Shown here piece after piece: positions 22,349 to 34,620 of a stretch of DNA of 64,000 bases. Source of the stretch: Vicugna vicugna (Eukaryota); NCBI GenBank assembly GCA_013265495.1, contig MU058868.1, forward strand, positions 3,722,669 to 3,786,668, in the 5' to 3' direction. Both the position numbers and the translations under genes were made by a program. Below the pieces are notes generated by a model, which was given only the letters and a program-made list of their open reading frames with translations, did not search any database and had not been told where the DNA came from. Position 1 is the first letter of the stretch, and every line of letters begins with the position of its first letter.

Positions 22349-24013
22349 ATGGACGACCACTCCGATCACACTGGGGACCCCGAGAGGGAAAATGGAGATG
22401 CGGAGAGCCTGGCCTCGCGGCTGTCCATGATCAAGACTAGCTCTGGCCCCCAGTCCCCTGCCGAACCCATGGAGCTGGAGTCGGAGCCGGACCCAGAGGC
22501 TGTAGAGGCTTCAGAGGGAGGTGGCGCTGCGGCCGAGCCGGCTGAGTCCCAGGAAGGGCCGGCGGCCACCGAGGCTGCGGGCGAGGAGGGTCCCGGAGAG
22601 CCGGAGTGGCCGGCGGAGGCCGAGTCTGGGGAGCCCGCCGAGACCGGGCCTGAGGAGCCAGCCAAGCCAGGGTCCAAAGATGGGCCCCAGGAACCACTGA
22701 AGGAGGAGAAGGCGGACGAGGACGAGGAGGACGCGGAGGAGGCGGCGGAGCCGAGGAAGAAGGAAGTCTCGTCTCATGTCCCTCTGCAGCTGTCCTCGAC
22801 CCGCAAGGAAGAGGCTGCGCCAGCCCGGGAGGCTGAGCCGGAGGGACACGTGGAGGAGGAAGGGAAAGAGAGCGAGGAGACTGAGGAGACCGAGAGGAAG
22901 CGTGTGGAAGGACGCCGGGAGAAAAGAGAGGAAGAGCTGAGAAATGTGGACAGGGAACTCGAGTCTGACGATTACGAGTGGACTGAGGAGGTGCAGAAGC
23001 GGCAGGAGCAGCAGCTGCGCGCCGAGCTCCTAGAACAGTACCACTCCCTGATGGTGGAGCGAGGTCGCTACCAGCGCTACAACATCTACCTGCAGCACAA
23101 GATCTTCGAGGCGCTGCGCAAGAAGAAGGGCCTGGATGCAGCCGAGGTGCCTGACAAGGGCACGGAGCCTGAGGCGCCCGAGAAAGAGCAAGCATACCTA
23201 CACCATCTGGTCCTGCTGGAGGATCTGAGGAAGCAACAGGCAGACGACCTGAGCTGGTATCACCAGGAGCTGGACCAGCTGAAGCAGCAGTGCAGAGAGA
23301 AGCTCTCCCAGGTGGAGAAGGAATGGCTTCACTTCCAGGCACTCAAGAAGCAGGTGGTGATGCAGGCCATGGGCAGCTGTCGGATGCAGGGTGGTCGCCA
23401 GGCCGCTCTGCAGGAGGTGGAGCAGATCCAGGCGTTGGAGGATAAGAAGGAGAAGGAGATGAGCGCCGTGAGGCTGGAGAATGTGCAGCTGAAGCAGAGT
23501 CTGGTGCATTTTGAAACCAGGATGAAGGCCCAGGAGGACCTGACTGAGGGCCTGCTCCTTATAGATTTTGAACAGCTTAAGATTGAGAACCAGACTTTCA
23601 ATGAGAAAGTTGAGGAGCGAAATGAGGAACTTTTAAAATTACGCACCAAGATGACCAACAATGTGCAAATAATAACGCACGTGAAGGAAAAGTTACACTT
23701 TGTGGATACAGAAAATGCTTGTAAAAAGTCAGAGCTTATGGAGATTGAGGCTCAGGTGGCTCTAAGGAGGGACATCTTGACCAAGACCAAGCAAGCCCGA
23801 GACAGCCTGCGGATCGACAACATCAAGCTGAATCAGAAGTGTGGGCTTCTGGGCAAGGAATCTCTCCTTCGGGACATGGAGGAGAAGGTGGACAGGACTG
23901 AGGAGCTCAACCGGCGCTTGGAATCCCTGAAGCACCATCACGCCGGGCTGACTTTGTCCTGCAGGGGTGTGAGGCAGAAGATCAGGGAAGCCAAAGCCTT
24001 TCTGCCCTCTTGA
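22349..24013 (+). CDS. CCDC96: CCDC96/CFAP184, intronless, 554 aa; acidic low-complexity N-terminus plus a coiled-coil (DUF4201-type) C-terminus
   Basis: Kozak ggagATGG; MDDHSDHTGDP...LLLIDFEQLKIENQTFNEKVEERNEELLKLR...IREAKAFLPS* matches recalled CCDC96. The track's 869-aa ORF is extended upstream through the N gaps. Confidence 0.95.
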   Translation: MDDHSDHTGDPERENGDAESLASRLSMIKTSSGPQSPAEPMELESEPDPEAVEASEGGGAAAEPAESQEGPAATEAAGEEGPGEPEWPAEAESGEPAETGPEEPAKPGSKDGPQEPLKEEKADEDEEDAEEAAEPRKKEVSSHVPLQLSSTRKEEAAPAREAEPEGHVEEEGKESEETEETERKRVEGRREKREEELRNVDRELESDDYEWTEEVQKRQEQQLRAELLEQYHSLMVERGRYQRYNIYLQHKIFEALRKKKGLDAAEVPDKGTEPEAPEKEQAYLHHLVLLEDLRKQQADDLSWYHQELDQLKQQCREKLSQVEKEWLHFQALKKQVVMQAMGSCRMQGGRQAALQEVEQIQALEDKKEKEMSAVRLENVQLKQSLVHFETRMKAQEDLTEGLLLIDFEQLKIENQTFNEKVEERNEELLKLRTKMTNNVQIITHVKEKLHFVDTENACKKSELMEIEAQVALRRDILTKTKQARDSLRIDNIKLNQKCGLLGKESLLRDMEEKVDRTEELNRRLESLKHHHAGLTLSCRGVRQKIREAKAFLPS

Positions 24014-24526
24014 CACAGTGATTGAAAGGGTCCACAGAACGTCTTCAGTCTCAGCAAACCTCATCCTTCATTAACTTTTATTCTCCATCTGTTGCCATTC
24101 TTAGAAAGGCCCATGATATTTGGGATGGAATTGTATTTTGTATTCTTAGTTTTTCAAGCTTCCAAATTAGTGCTGAGCATAAAACCGAGCACTGTTTATA
24201 TGGGATGAAGTAAAACAGGTACCGAGAGACAAACATGGATGATTTAATGTCCCTGACTTCTAGAAAGCTCTCAAAAGCTGTTTTATATCTGAACAATTCC
24301 ATAGTTTCAGTGTCCTGATACTGAGAAAAACTGTTCCTCCTCCATGTGCAGAAGGGTTCAACAAATGGGCAGGGTGTCAAAAAAATTTCCTGTGCATTAA
24401 GCTGATTATTAAATCCCCTTTGAATGGATTGCACTTTGTCATCCCGAGTCACTGTCTCAATTCGAAGCTCACTAATTCCCTTAGTCTAAAGTTGTTTTTC
24501 ATGTAAGTAGCACCAGCTTCTGGGTT

Positions 24527-24532
24527 AATAAA
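24527..24532 (+). terminator. candidate CCDC96 polyadenylation signal (AATAAA)
   Basis: First AATAAA I found after the stop, about 510 nt downstream. Confidence 0.55.
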
Positions 24533-27500
24533 AACACCAGGAACAGGAGGAATGGTAACTAGGGAACGGGGCTCATGTTCCTTCATCTCTCTTTTTTCAA
24601 TGAAAGGAAGCTCAGTCTGCTTTACTATGAATGTTTGTTTCTGGCTCAATGACAGTCTTCAATTCTAATGAAACATTTTCTTGGGTCCACTAAAGAAATG
24701 CATTGATCTGTACCAAAAAAAAAAAAAAAGAAAGAAAGAAATTTTGTTTTCTAGTGAAGACAAAATAGTGATTGTATTATGTGTTTTTCCAGGTGCAAAA
24801 TATACAGTGGTGACTGCTGACTGTCCGTAAGCCTTTTGTTTTCAACAAGATATTTTCAGATCTTGGCAACACTACAGACCCTCACTAGGCATGTGATTTT
24901 GCACTGTATCAAATATTAAAATGTCTGTCGTTCCTTGAGTTAATGTACAACAGGCCTGATAGGTCTAGCTCGTTAACCCAGAGTGATTAACATTTTCAGT
25001 TTTCTTTGACGCTTTTGGAGCTAGAGGCCTGGTTTTAATTCTTCTTAATCTTAGCTTGAATTTTCAGATGCTCAGATTTGGGATTAAAAGTATTTTCTCA
25101 TCTGTAAACTTAAGAGGGACCATAAGAAGGGTGATCTAGTTTTTGGTACTACACACCTTTAAAGAACGGTCGAAACCCCACTCTGGGCAGATGACTCGGG
25201 TGTTCCATGAGAGTGTCACAATAACTTTTGTCTTTGGATGACATGATTTTGTTTTCTAAATGTGTTCCCTTTGAAGCCAATACAGGTTGATTAAAATTGC
25301 TTTTCTCACCTGCACAGCTTAAATACACTTTAAAAAAAATAATACTGTACTTATTAAAGCACACAAGCGAGACAGTGAGGGGAGTGAAAGCTTCGCCTCC
25401 CTGCTTCCATTCTCCTCATCTTCTACAACTTCTGTCTTCACCAAGACTAAGGTCAAGCAGTAAATAACTGGCAAATAGGACTTCATTTTCCCTGCACCGC
25501 AAGCTGAAAGCAGCACCGGCCCGCTAGGTTCTTTTGTGGTCGGGGAGGCTGGCAATGGGCTCAGTGCATTCACCAAGCAAGCAGCTTTCATTATAAGGGT
25601 GGCCATGCCTCTGGTTCACAAGAGAGAGAACAGGTTATTTTCAGCAGATTTTGAACCACTGGCAATTACCCAGGTGGAACCCAACACTGCCTCACCAGCC
25701 TTCAGCCCGGTGACAGGCAGGTCTCTGAGAGCACAGAGATACAAGAGAGACAGACGGGGTTGGTGTTGCTTTAAGCAGCCAAGTTACTAATGTTCTCTCA
25801 AGTTATATTACCTCATGCTGGAGATGTTCCAATTAGAAGATGAATACTCTGCTGACTACCTCATAACGAGGTTCTTTCTAATTAGATTATAGGAGAGCTC
25901 CCGGTCCTGAAATAGCAACACATTCACAAACCGTTTAAGATTGCCCTCGAGGAAGAATGCCTCAGACCCTAAAGCATCCTCTCCCCAGTTTTACTGACCT
26001 CCCTCTGTCCACGCAGCGGCCTGCGTTTAGCCCCAGCCCAGCCTTTGACCCACTGCTTTCTGACTGTCCGCTGAGTTCTCTGGGCCCCATGAGACAAAGG
26101 CCCTGCGAGGCCTGTTGATTTATCATCCTCCCCAGTGGCCAGCACAGGGCTGAGCACATAACCGGTGTTCAATAAACTTGTTAGATTAATACATTAATAT
26201 AATGCCAGTCTCGTTTTCTGAAGATAAGTGTTACTTGCATGCTTATGGTATGTCGGGCACCAAGTCCTACGTCGGATTCAAAACCAACTACAGGTAGAAA
26301 GAGGCTCTCTCAAGAAGTGAGGGAGACGACGGGGAGGCAGGCCCGCAGCCACGGAACGACGATGCTGCAGACAGAGCCGGCCACCCCACCAGGGACCCGT
26401 CCTCCCCGAGGGGAAGGTTAAGGAGTAATGCGGAGTCTGGACGAGAAACCCCTAAAACTACCATTATTTTTATGACCACTAAAATCAAGGGCTAAAGACT
26501 TTTTCATCTCCTTGTCAAAAAGTACAAGGCCTGAAAAATGCAGGCACAATAAATTTTGAATGCACTATTGTATGAAACTAGCCTTTTTGTCTTGTTTTCA
26601 ACATTTTATCCTAATTTAGAACGGACAGATGCACAGCACTTGCTGATCTGCAGGCTGAGGGCCAAGGCATCGTCGTAAGTGTGAGGACTCTGGTGAACCC
26701 TTTTGAATTGCCCTATGGACTTCAGCTTCCCTAACTTTTCCAGTTCTCACTCACACTCAATTCAATACCAATTTTAATGACATTTGCCCTTTTTGAGACT
26801 TTCCAAAGCATTTAGTTTGACGTTCGTAGAAACAAAAATTCTTTTTTTTCCCCACCATTGGTCTACATGATATTTAATTAAATTATGTAAATACAGTAAT
26901 TACTACCTCGGGCATAAACAAACTCTGGAACCATGACAATCACAATGACTTACACTCAACTCATGGAAGTGGAAGTGGACGTGCTGGAGAGTGGCCTCCC
27001 AAGCCAGGAGCATTCAGGGTAAACTGGCCTTGTTTTAAAAAATTCGTCTGAGTCAGATGTGTCCCCTTCAATGTTAGTTTTTTTGGTTTGTTTTCGGCAG
27101 CCCTGGCAAGAGAGAAGCAGGCACTATGACAGAGCCCAAGGCATCTGAAAAAGAAACACTTTTTCTTTGGTAAATGAAAATCATTTTTGGTGACTTAACC
27201 ACATTTATAATTTTTTAACTATAGAAGTGGAAATACATGCTCTTTTGACAAGTTCCTCTGCAGCTGTTATTTAGCTTTTTGCCACTGGCCAGGGGTGCTT
27301 GTCTATGAAATGAGTTAATGCACCCCAACTTGGCAGGGGTAGTCTTTTAAGTCAGAGTGATGAAGCATGAAAATGCTACGCAAGGAAAGGGCTCCAGGAG
27401 ACTACATCCCCCATGTTGGGACGACTCGTCAGAGCAGCTAGCTGGAGCTGGGACCAGCAGGAAGGGCACTGCTCAAGTCCGTGGCTCCGACTTCGCATGT

Positions 27501-27629
27501 AACAACCAACGTCTAAATACTTCAGTGAATAAATGTACACCCTCTCCAATTTTTTAATCGATGAAGTCTTCTATTTTTTCACCCAAAGGATGCCAAGGAC
27601 TACACAGATGTACCTAGAAGGGGAAGACG

Positions 27630-27765
27630 TTGTGCAGTGCTGGAGAAAAGACTTTGGAATCAGGCTGGCCAGCATTCAGCCGTCTTCTGAGTATGCCCTG
27701 GGACTAATACCTCAGCTTCCTAAGCCTCAACGTACCCACCTGTAAAATGGGGACAAATTTATTTA
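27630..27765 (+). mobile_element. MIR SINE fragment
   Basis: agaaaagactttggaatcaggc..cttcctaagcctcaa..cctgtaaaatggggac. Confidence 0.65.
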
Positions 27766-29964
27766 TAGGAATAAAAGACAAAAATACGAAAAAAGTCTCT
27801 TCTCTGGGTGGTGAAGTTACGACGTGTGTGTTTGTGTTTCTGTATTTCCAAATTTTATACCATGACGGGCATTTAATTAGGGGGAAAAAATCCCAATTTT
27901 TAAAATTCATACGTTCACCAAGAGTGAGTTTAAGATACTAAAAGTTTACATGCCAGGAGCATGATTCCAATGGCAGTTGTTTCTTTTAATGACACAATTA
28001 GTACAGCATTTTAGGATTATTTTAATCCTCAGAAGCCAGGGGATAGGTGCTGGGCACCCTTCTTAACCTTCGGTTACAGAAAAGGGAGACAAGGCTTAGA
28101 GAATTTAAATTCTCTGGTTCTTAAGAAACCTTAAGAAGTTGTTGAAATGATTGCTGTTGACCAAGCAAAGCACTGAACTGATTCTCAGACTTCGATGGAT
28201 GAGGGAGATTAACAAATGTTTACATACTCAAGACCGTCAAATTTGAGTTGAATCTTTGTGTCTTCTGTGTCATGTTGTCCGCAGTCAGATTTCTTCCAAA
28301 GTCTATTTTCTAAGAATGAAGAACTTTCCTATAATACTAAAAGGCTTAAAAAATTTTTCCAGTTCTTAACCTCCAGCTAATCTGCCCCTTAAATGTGAAT
28401 TTACTTTTGGTTGGAACAGTCTCTGCCAGGAGCTCTGAACAGGGTGGAGCACTGAAGAAACGTGTTTAAGAAAACTGTGAGACTTGGGTGGAGCCCATGG
28501 GCAGGGGAGGAGGCCGCTGGCCCTCCTTCCACAGGGAACCCCGCAGGGCTCAGGCACCCCGGGCAAGGGGCTCAGGCAGCTAGTCCTGAGGACAGGGCCT
28601 TGGCGTTGCCAAGCCTAGTGGGGCAGCTCCGTCCTCGATCAGGCGAGGAGCCTGGAGCAAAATAAGTGCACAGCTGAGTCCTAGGTGGGCAGGTCTGTGC
28701 TTGGGGGCCCCTCTGAGGACTGGCCTTGGCTCATGGGCCTCCCCCTCTGGCTGCGCCCTTCTTCTGGTCCCCTAGGGACCAACACTCACCTCAAGGTCCA
28801 GCCTGGTGGCTCCCTGCCTCCCGCCCGGCTGGTGCAGCATCTCGTTCCCTGTCTTGCCTTGGAGGCAGGCTGCACACATCGGGTGCTGGTTTCTGAACCG
28901 TCAGCCCCCCAGTTTCTCTCGGGAAAATATTCCACAACTTCCACCCCACTGCTCATGCGTTTCCCGGGGACCTCCGCGAGGGGCCGGCCGGTGGGCATGG
29001 CCCTCCCTGCTTGGAGTGGAGGTCCGAGCTACCAGAAGCTTCCAAAGGCCCCGGAACAGAGCTGTTCTCTGGAGAGGGGTGTTTCTGAGCAAGGGCTGGG
29101 GAGCCACAAGGCTGGAGTCTGAACTCCAGCTCTGCTGCTAACTGGCCATAGAAGCCCAAGCCAATCATTTCTCTGAGCCACAGCTTTGAGCTGGGACACA
29201 GGCAGAGCTGCTGTGGAGACCAGTGAGGTCACTGACTGAGCACTCCACCCAGGGCCTGGCATTGGGGGAGCAGTGAGTAAGCCCCTTCGACCACCCTCGG
29301 CCTGCAGAGAATGGAGGGAACAGAACCGTGGCCCAGGGCGGTGACGCAGTTCGCCCATGGAGATGCAGGGCACAGATTCTGACTGTCATGTGCAGGCCAA
29401 AAACATCAGAGCAGACGCCCCGCAGGCTGCTCTGTCTCTGGGCAGCACCACCTACAACGTGAGTGCCGCTCTGCCCAGCTCTGCGGGGACCTGAGGCCGG
29501 GGCCTGCTCACTGTCACCGCCAGGGGCGGCACTGGGATCTCCACTCCACAGGTGGAAACGGAGGCACAGTGGCCCAGGGAAGAGGCCGGGCCACCCGACT
29601 GCCATCACAGGGCTTCCAGCAGGTTTGAGGTAATGCTGAAGACCTGCTGGGACGAGTGGCAGGCCTAGGGGTGTGCGCGGGAGGATGGGGCAGACTCGTG
29701 GGCCTGAGGGACCACGGACTCTAGCCTCAGGCAGTCTGGCTTGAGAGAAGCAGCAAGCTTGGGGCTCCCCCCAGCTTAGAAGGAGCAGGGGTGTGGCACT
29801 AACTGTCCAATGCCCTGACCAAATGACCACAATTGCATCACCTTTTTATGTAACTGAGACTAATAAGGGGATTTTAAAATATTCAAACAGTATGACACTC
29901 AAAGTCAAGTTTCACCATACTTCAAGGTGATAACTCAAACTGTAAACCAAACTGCAGTGAACAT

Positions 29965-32574
29965 AAGTAACAATCTTACATGACTTTTATTTAATAAAAC
30001 CACATATTTACAATCCAAAAAGTCCTAGTTTGATACACTTTACTAAATAAAATTAAAGGTTAACTGTACAAGCAATTAAAACATGATATTGTAGCAAGTG
30101 TCATCAGGAGTCTTCTATCAGCAAACTATTTAAAATAGTCAAAAAACTGAGCAGTTAAAAAGTACCTTTTGAAGTGAACATTTTTCCAGATGGGATTTTG
30201 ATGACTGGTGGGGACACCACTTTCAACCCTAAAAGTGCCAGCTGCCCGGAGTCCTGAACCAGAAGACCCAGGCTCTGAAAACCAACGGTGTGGGAAGGGC
30301 AGAGGGCCACCCCCTTGGGGGCAGCATTTCAATTTGTTTCCAGTTTTACTAAACGGGATTGTCAAGCAGAGCAGCACAGCCCTGTGCAGGCCGGCGGCCC
30401 TCTGCCCTCCGTGGAAAGGGGCGAGGTGACCCCAGACGGGGACTCAGACCTTCCCAGCCTCTGAAGTGGACGTATCGAACCAGCTAGGTCTCGTGTGGCC
30501 CCTGAACAGGTCACGAGAACCTCTTCTGAACTGAAGACTTGGAGGTTTTCCAGACTGGCCTGGAATCCTATTCGAAAACTGAATGCATACATGGTGCTGC
30601 CCACGAGGTTTGTATCAAACTGACAACAGCGTTGAGGCTAGGGTCTGACCACCCCGGGGTCCCAAGAATGCTTTCTGGAGGCCTGCCCGCCGCCCTGTCC
30701 CCTTGCTTTCTGTCACCACTTAAGGAACATCTTTATGTACAGTAAGAAAATATATACATCTTTCAGGAACAGAAAGCCCACATCACGGAATAAAACTGAG
30801 TACATCCGTGAGCAACAGCGGAAGGGCCTCGGCCCGTGATGTCGGGGAACGGCTGCGTCTAGAAGGCTGCCGAGAGCTCGGTGGAGACAGACGCCTCCTC
30901 CAAGACGTCGGGCAAGTCAGCATTTAAAGGCTGAGGCAGAAAGTGGTACACGTGCTCAGCTCCGCCACCTCCTGGAAGGTTCAGTCAGGAACAGGAGGGG
31001 AAAAAACAATACGGGGCACGAGGACTGCCACTGGCTTGGGACTTGCTCTGCACCTGAAGTGTCATCAGCAGACATGGCAGATATAGAAAACCTACAAAAA
31101 TAACGCCACAGTTAGGCTCTGCCGCCAGCCCGCATCTCCTTGCTGCACTATGCTCAGAGCTGGGGCTCCCGGGGTCAGAAACGAGGACAGCCACGGGCAC
31201 TCCGGGGGTTGGGGGTGTGTGGCTGAGGCGGGCTGCAGGGTGGCAGGCCCCGCCAGCACTCGCTGCAGACAGGAGACGCCCTTGAGCCTGGCCCGCCGAG
31301 CCCTCCCAGAGACCAGCACACTAACGCAGCAGCACATGGCAACCCGTTTCCATAGAGATCTGCCTGCCCTCTGGACTCCTCTGCAAAAAGTGTTCATTTC
31401 TTAGAATTTGGATAACCAAAGTTCTTACTACGAAGTTCTCCAAATTAGTCAAGAAAAAGCTACAACAAAAAGGCTGCTAATGAACCTGGGGGAAAGCAGC
31501 TGCGACGGGGACAGGCTGACGGTTCGGATGCTGAGCGTTCTGGCCAGGCCGTCTGGGCTGCCGGGTGGGTGCTGCTCAGCCCTGACAGCCATCTACCTTT
31601 GCGTTAAACGCGTGAGGCGGGATGACTGCACGCAGGACTGCACCTGCCATCAGGTGACAGAGAGGAGCAAGCTGTCACAGCCAGGGAGCAGCGGCCCCGC
31701 GCCCGCCCGCCCCCAGCCTCCATAGAAACGACAGGCTGCAGGAGCGGGCACGTCTCAACATCCTCTCCCCTCCCCTCTGCTTAAAGGGAGGCTGTCTCCA
31801 TTCTGTTCTCCACCAGCTTTAAGCCCGTCTTCACTGTCACAGGCGTCCGTGAGCAGCTCTTCCTGCTCCAGCTCGCATTACTCAGCAAATGTGGGAGCAA
31901 TCTCTGGGAGGGCAGGCTGCCCGCGGGAGTCTAGGCGTGCATTTTCAGCCCTCGTGCTGTAATTTTGTCAAGGCAATATGGTAAAAGGTCACCCTGAAGG
32001 TCAGACCGTGTCCGGGGAGCCCGAGCGCACTCGCCAGGATTGAGAGCCTGTCGTCCTGTAATGCTATCTTTGGTAGATGGGCTTCAAAAACAAGACCTCC
32101 GGCTCAGGAAAGATTATCTTGGTAACTAAACCAGCAATCCCTGTCTTACTAAAATATGTAAATATGAGCCAATAACATCTCTGAGGTCTCCAAACAACAT
32201 TTCTCATGCACCCCGGCTATGAAAGATTGTAATGTACTTTCCAGTAGTTGACATAAAAGCATTACAATTTAATTAACTTTTGCCGATAAGGGGAGGGGAT
32301 TAGCCACTGCCCTATTTTTAAACCATGCAGAATATGCAGTGGTGACCACGGTCAATATTAGGCCATCATCCCACTGAGCTTCTTAAGGCTGAGCCTTGGT
32401 TTAATTCTTTAAAAGTTTTTGTTGTTGTTCTATTTTGTTTAAGGCCAACTCCAGTACTAGGAATCAAACATGGAACAGCCCCTGTTCTTCTGAGCCGCCT
32501 GCGTGTCTGCCTGCGGCACCACAGGCGCCGCCTGGAGCCGTGCTTCAGCACCGAGCGCAAGTCCGCCTGCCGCC
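29965..32574 (-). other. TBC1D14: TBC1D14 3' UTR (about 2.6 kb; end approximate)
   Basis: Lies between the stop at 32575 and the polyA signal at 29986-29991; I saw no repeats in it, and it has AU-rich blocks. Confidence 0.6.
29986..29991 (-). terminator. TBC1D14 polyadenylation signal (AATAAA on minus strand)
   Basis: Plus-strand TTTATT at the end of an AT-rich UTR-like block about 2.6 kb past the stop. Confidence 0.65.
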
Positions 32575-32640
32575 TCAGTGTCTGAGAGACGGACTTCCTT
32601 TCTCCACGTCCCGGCTGTCCCTCTGCAGTGCGGTCAGTAC
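32575..32640 (-). CDS. TBC1D14: TBC1D14 terminal coding exon (66 nt to stop)
   Basis: ctgtgtccccag|GTA CTG ACC...AGA CAC TGA; VLTALQRDSRDVEKGSPSLRH*. Confidence 0.95.
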   Translation of the reverse strand, partial: VLTALQRDSRDVEKGSPSLRH

Positions 32641-34255
32641 CTGGGGACACAGGGAGACAGGGGTGGGCGACCTCAGCACACGCCGAACACAGATCCCGAC
32701 CGGTGTGACAGGAACCGCAGCAGCCCCGCGCCTGCCTCCCCACCTGCCCCTGCTCTGGTCCATCTTCCACACCTGCCTCCACTCACCTTCCAACATGGAA
32801 GCCTAACCACGCCGTCTGGGCTCGTGCCCCACAGCCACTCCCCACCGGCCCCCAGGTGCCAGTGTCGAGGCGGGGCTCCCAGGCTCCTCTCCTTGCGCAG
32901 TCTGGCTCCGGCCCCTGCGCTCGCCACCACCAATGCCGGGCTTCCCACTCTGGGACGCCAACCTGCCCTCCCGGGCTCCCGCTGACCTGCCCCCTCTCTT
33001 CGCCAGCAAACCATGCGCCCTTTTCAGGCCTGAGAGCTATCAGCTCTTCCCACGCCTTCCTGAGCTTCCCCAGGGTGACTTCAGCTCCCTCCTCTCTGCT
33101 CTCTCAGCTTCTGGCTAACACCTTTATTTTTCTAAATATCACATTCCACTGTGATTGCCTACCAGCCGCAGTGACAACAGGCCGCATTTACTGCACGCCC
33201 ACTCCGGCCCAGTTGAGCGCTCCCAGGGCACCTCCGGCACAGCAGCTGTTTAATCCATGCAACGCTGTATGTCACCTGAGCAACAGACACTCAGACAAGT
33301 GACTTGCTAAAAGCCAAACAGCTTGTATGGATTCAAACTCAGATTTGTTTGATTTTAAAACCAAGGGCATCTTTGCAGCACCAGTGCTAAACTACTTAGG
33401 TCAGGCGCTATGCCACGTTGACTGAATTACAAATTACAAGCTATAAAGCAGAAACATTTTATGTGGGCTTCAAATAAATTGCACAGGGGGGATAACAGTA
33501 GATAAAAGCCCCCCCACCTCTAGGTAAATGGGACTGCCGACCAAGCATAAACGTCTACCTGTTTTATAAAGTTCACCAGAGTTTTAACCTTAAGTACAGC
33601 ATTCAAGAGAAATGGGCAAGGACCACAACTCCCGTGGGACCTGGAAAACTGAATAAACTCACTGATGCCCGCCCTCAGGCCGACCCCTATTACTATCCCA
33701 CTACTGGAGAATGTCCTACTATTTAATAACCTCTGATCTGGTGTTAACCAGTAATCTTCACCTAAAATGCAAAAAGCTAAATGACAGATGTGGGCTCAAC
33801 CCTTCCCTCTTTGCGTGTTTCTGTGGGTGTGCGAGTGGGGGGACGGAGGGAAGGACCGGTGAAGAACAAAGGAAGATCAGCAGGCCTGTGACCACACAAG
33901 TTGGAAAGTCAAGGGAGTAACAGTTCTGTGCTGAATAAAGGCTATCAGCAACGGCCCTGGCTTCCTGCAGCCATTTCAGAAAACCGCTCTAAGTGACTGG
34001 CCTGCAGGAGACTCCACGCATACACTTACACACAGGCCAGCTTCGTGGGCATGAAGCCCATGCATTCGGAGGGGCCCTACTGAGCCTAATGCTCTGTAGT
34101 CACCATCCTGGAATTCTCCATACTAACTCTGAACACGTGGCCCCAGAGTTTCGTTTCACATTGCGTGTTTGTTTCTTAATCAGAGAAAGGCTCTTCTTTC
34201 ACCAGATCCCTGATAATTATATAGCCAGTCCTGCTCACACACGAGCTCAGTGCAT

Positions 34256-34620
34256 TTTTTAATGGTTTTCCTGGTATATAATTCACATAACATGTAATTT
34301 ACCCATTTAAAGTGTACAATTCATTGCTTCTTAGTATATTCACAGACGTGTGCAAACCTCACCACAGTCCATTTCAGAACATTTTCATCACCTCAAGAAG
34401 TAACCCCGTATCCTTTGGCTACCACAGCCCTGTCCCCACCTCGTCCACTCCATTGGCAACCACTAATCTACTTCCTGTCTCTACCGAGCTCCCTGTTCTG
34501 CAACTGAATGTGAACGGAATCAAATAGTCTTTCATGTCTGGCTTTTTCACATAATATAATGCTTCCAAGGTTCATCCATACTGTAGCAAGTGTCGGTACT
34601 TCACTCCTTTTTATAAACAT
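34256..34620 (-). mobile_element. old L1 (L1MB-like) 3' fragment
   Basis: acccatttaaagtgtacaattca..cagaacattttcatcacc..aaccactaatctacttcctgtctct..caaggttcatccatactgtagca. Confidence 0.85.

Larger units (their letters stand above)
21400..23150. promoter_or_regulatory. CpG island over TADA2B exon 1, the shared promoter and the 5' part of CCDC96
   Basis: Very high GC and CpG density by eye (cgcg, ccgccg runs); boundaries approximate. Confidence 0.85.

Noticed and set aside
22366-24064. Several minus-strand ORFs (100-301 aa) over CCDC96
   Set aside because: Antisense shadows of a GC-rich, purine-biased coding sequence.
29515-29532. CTCF-like ccgccaggggcggca
   Set aside because: Mismatches in the critical GGC core.
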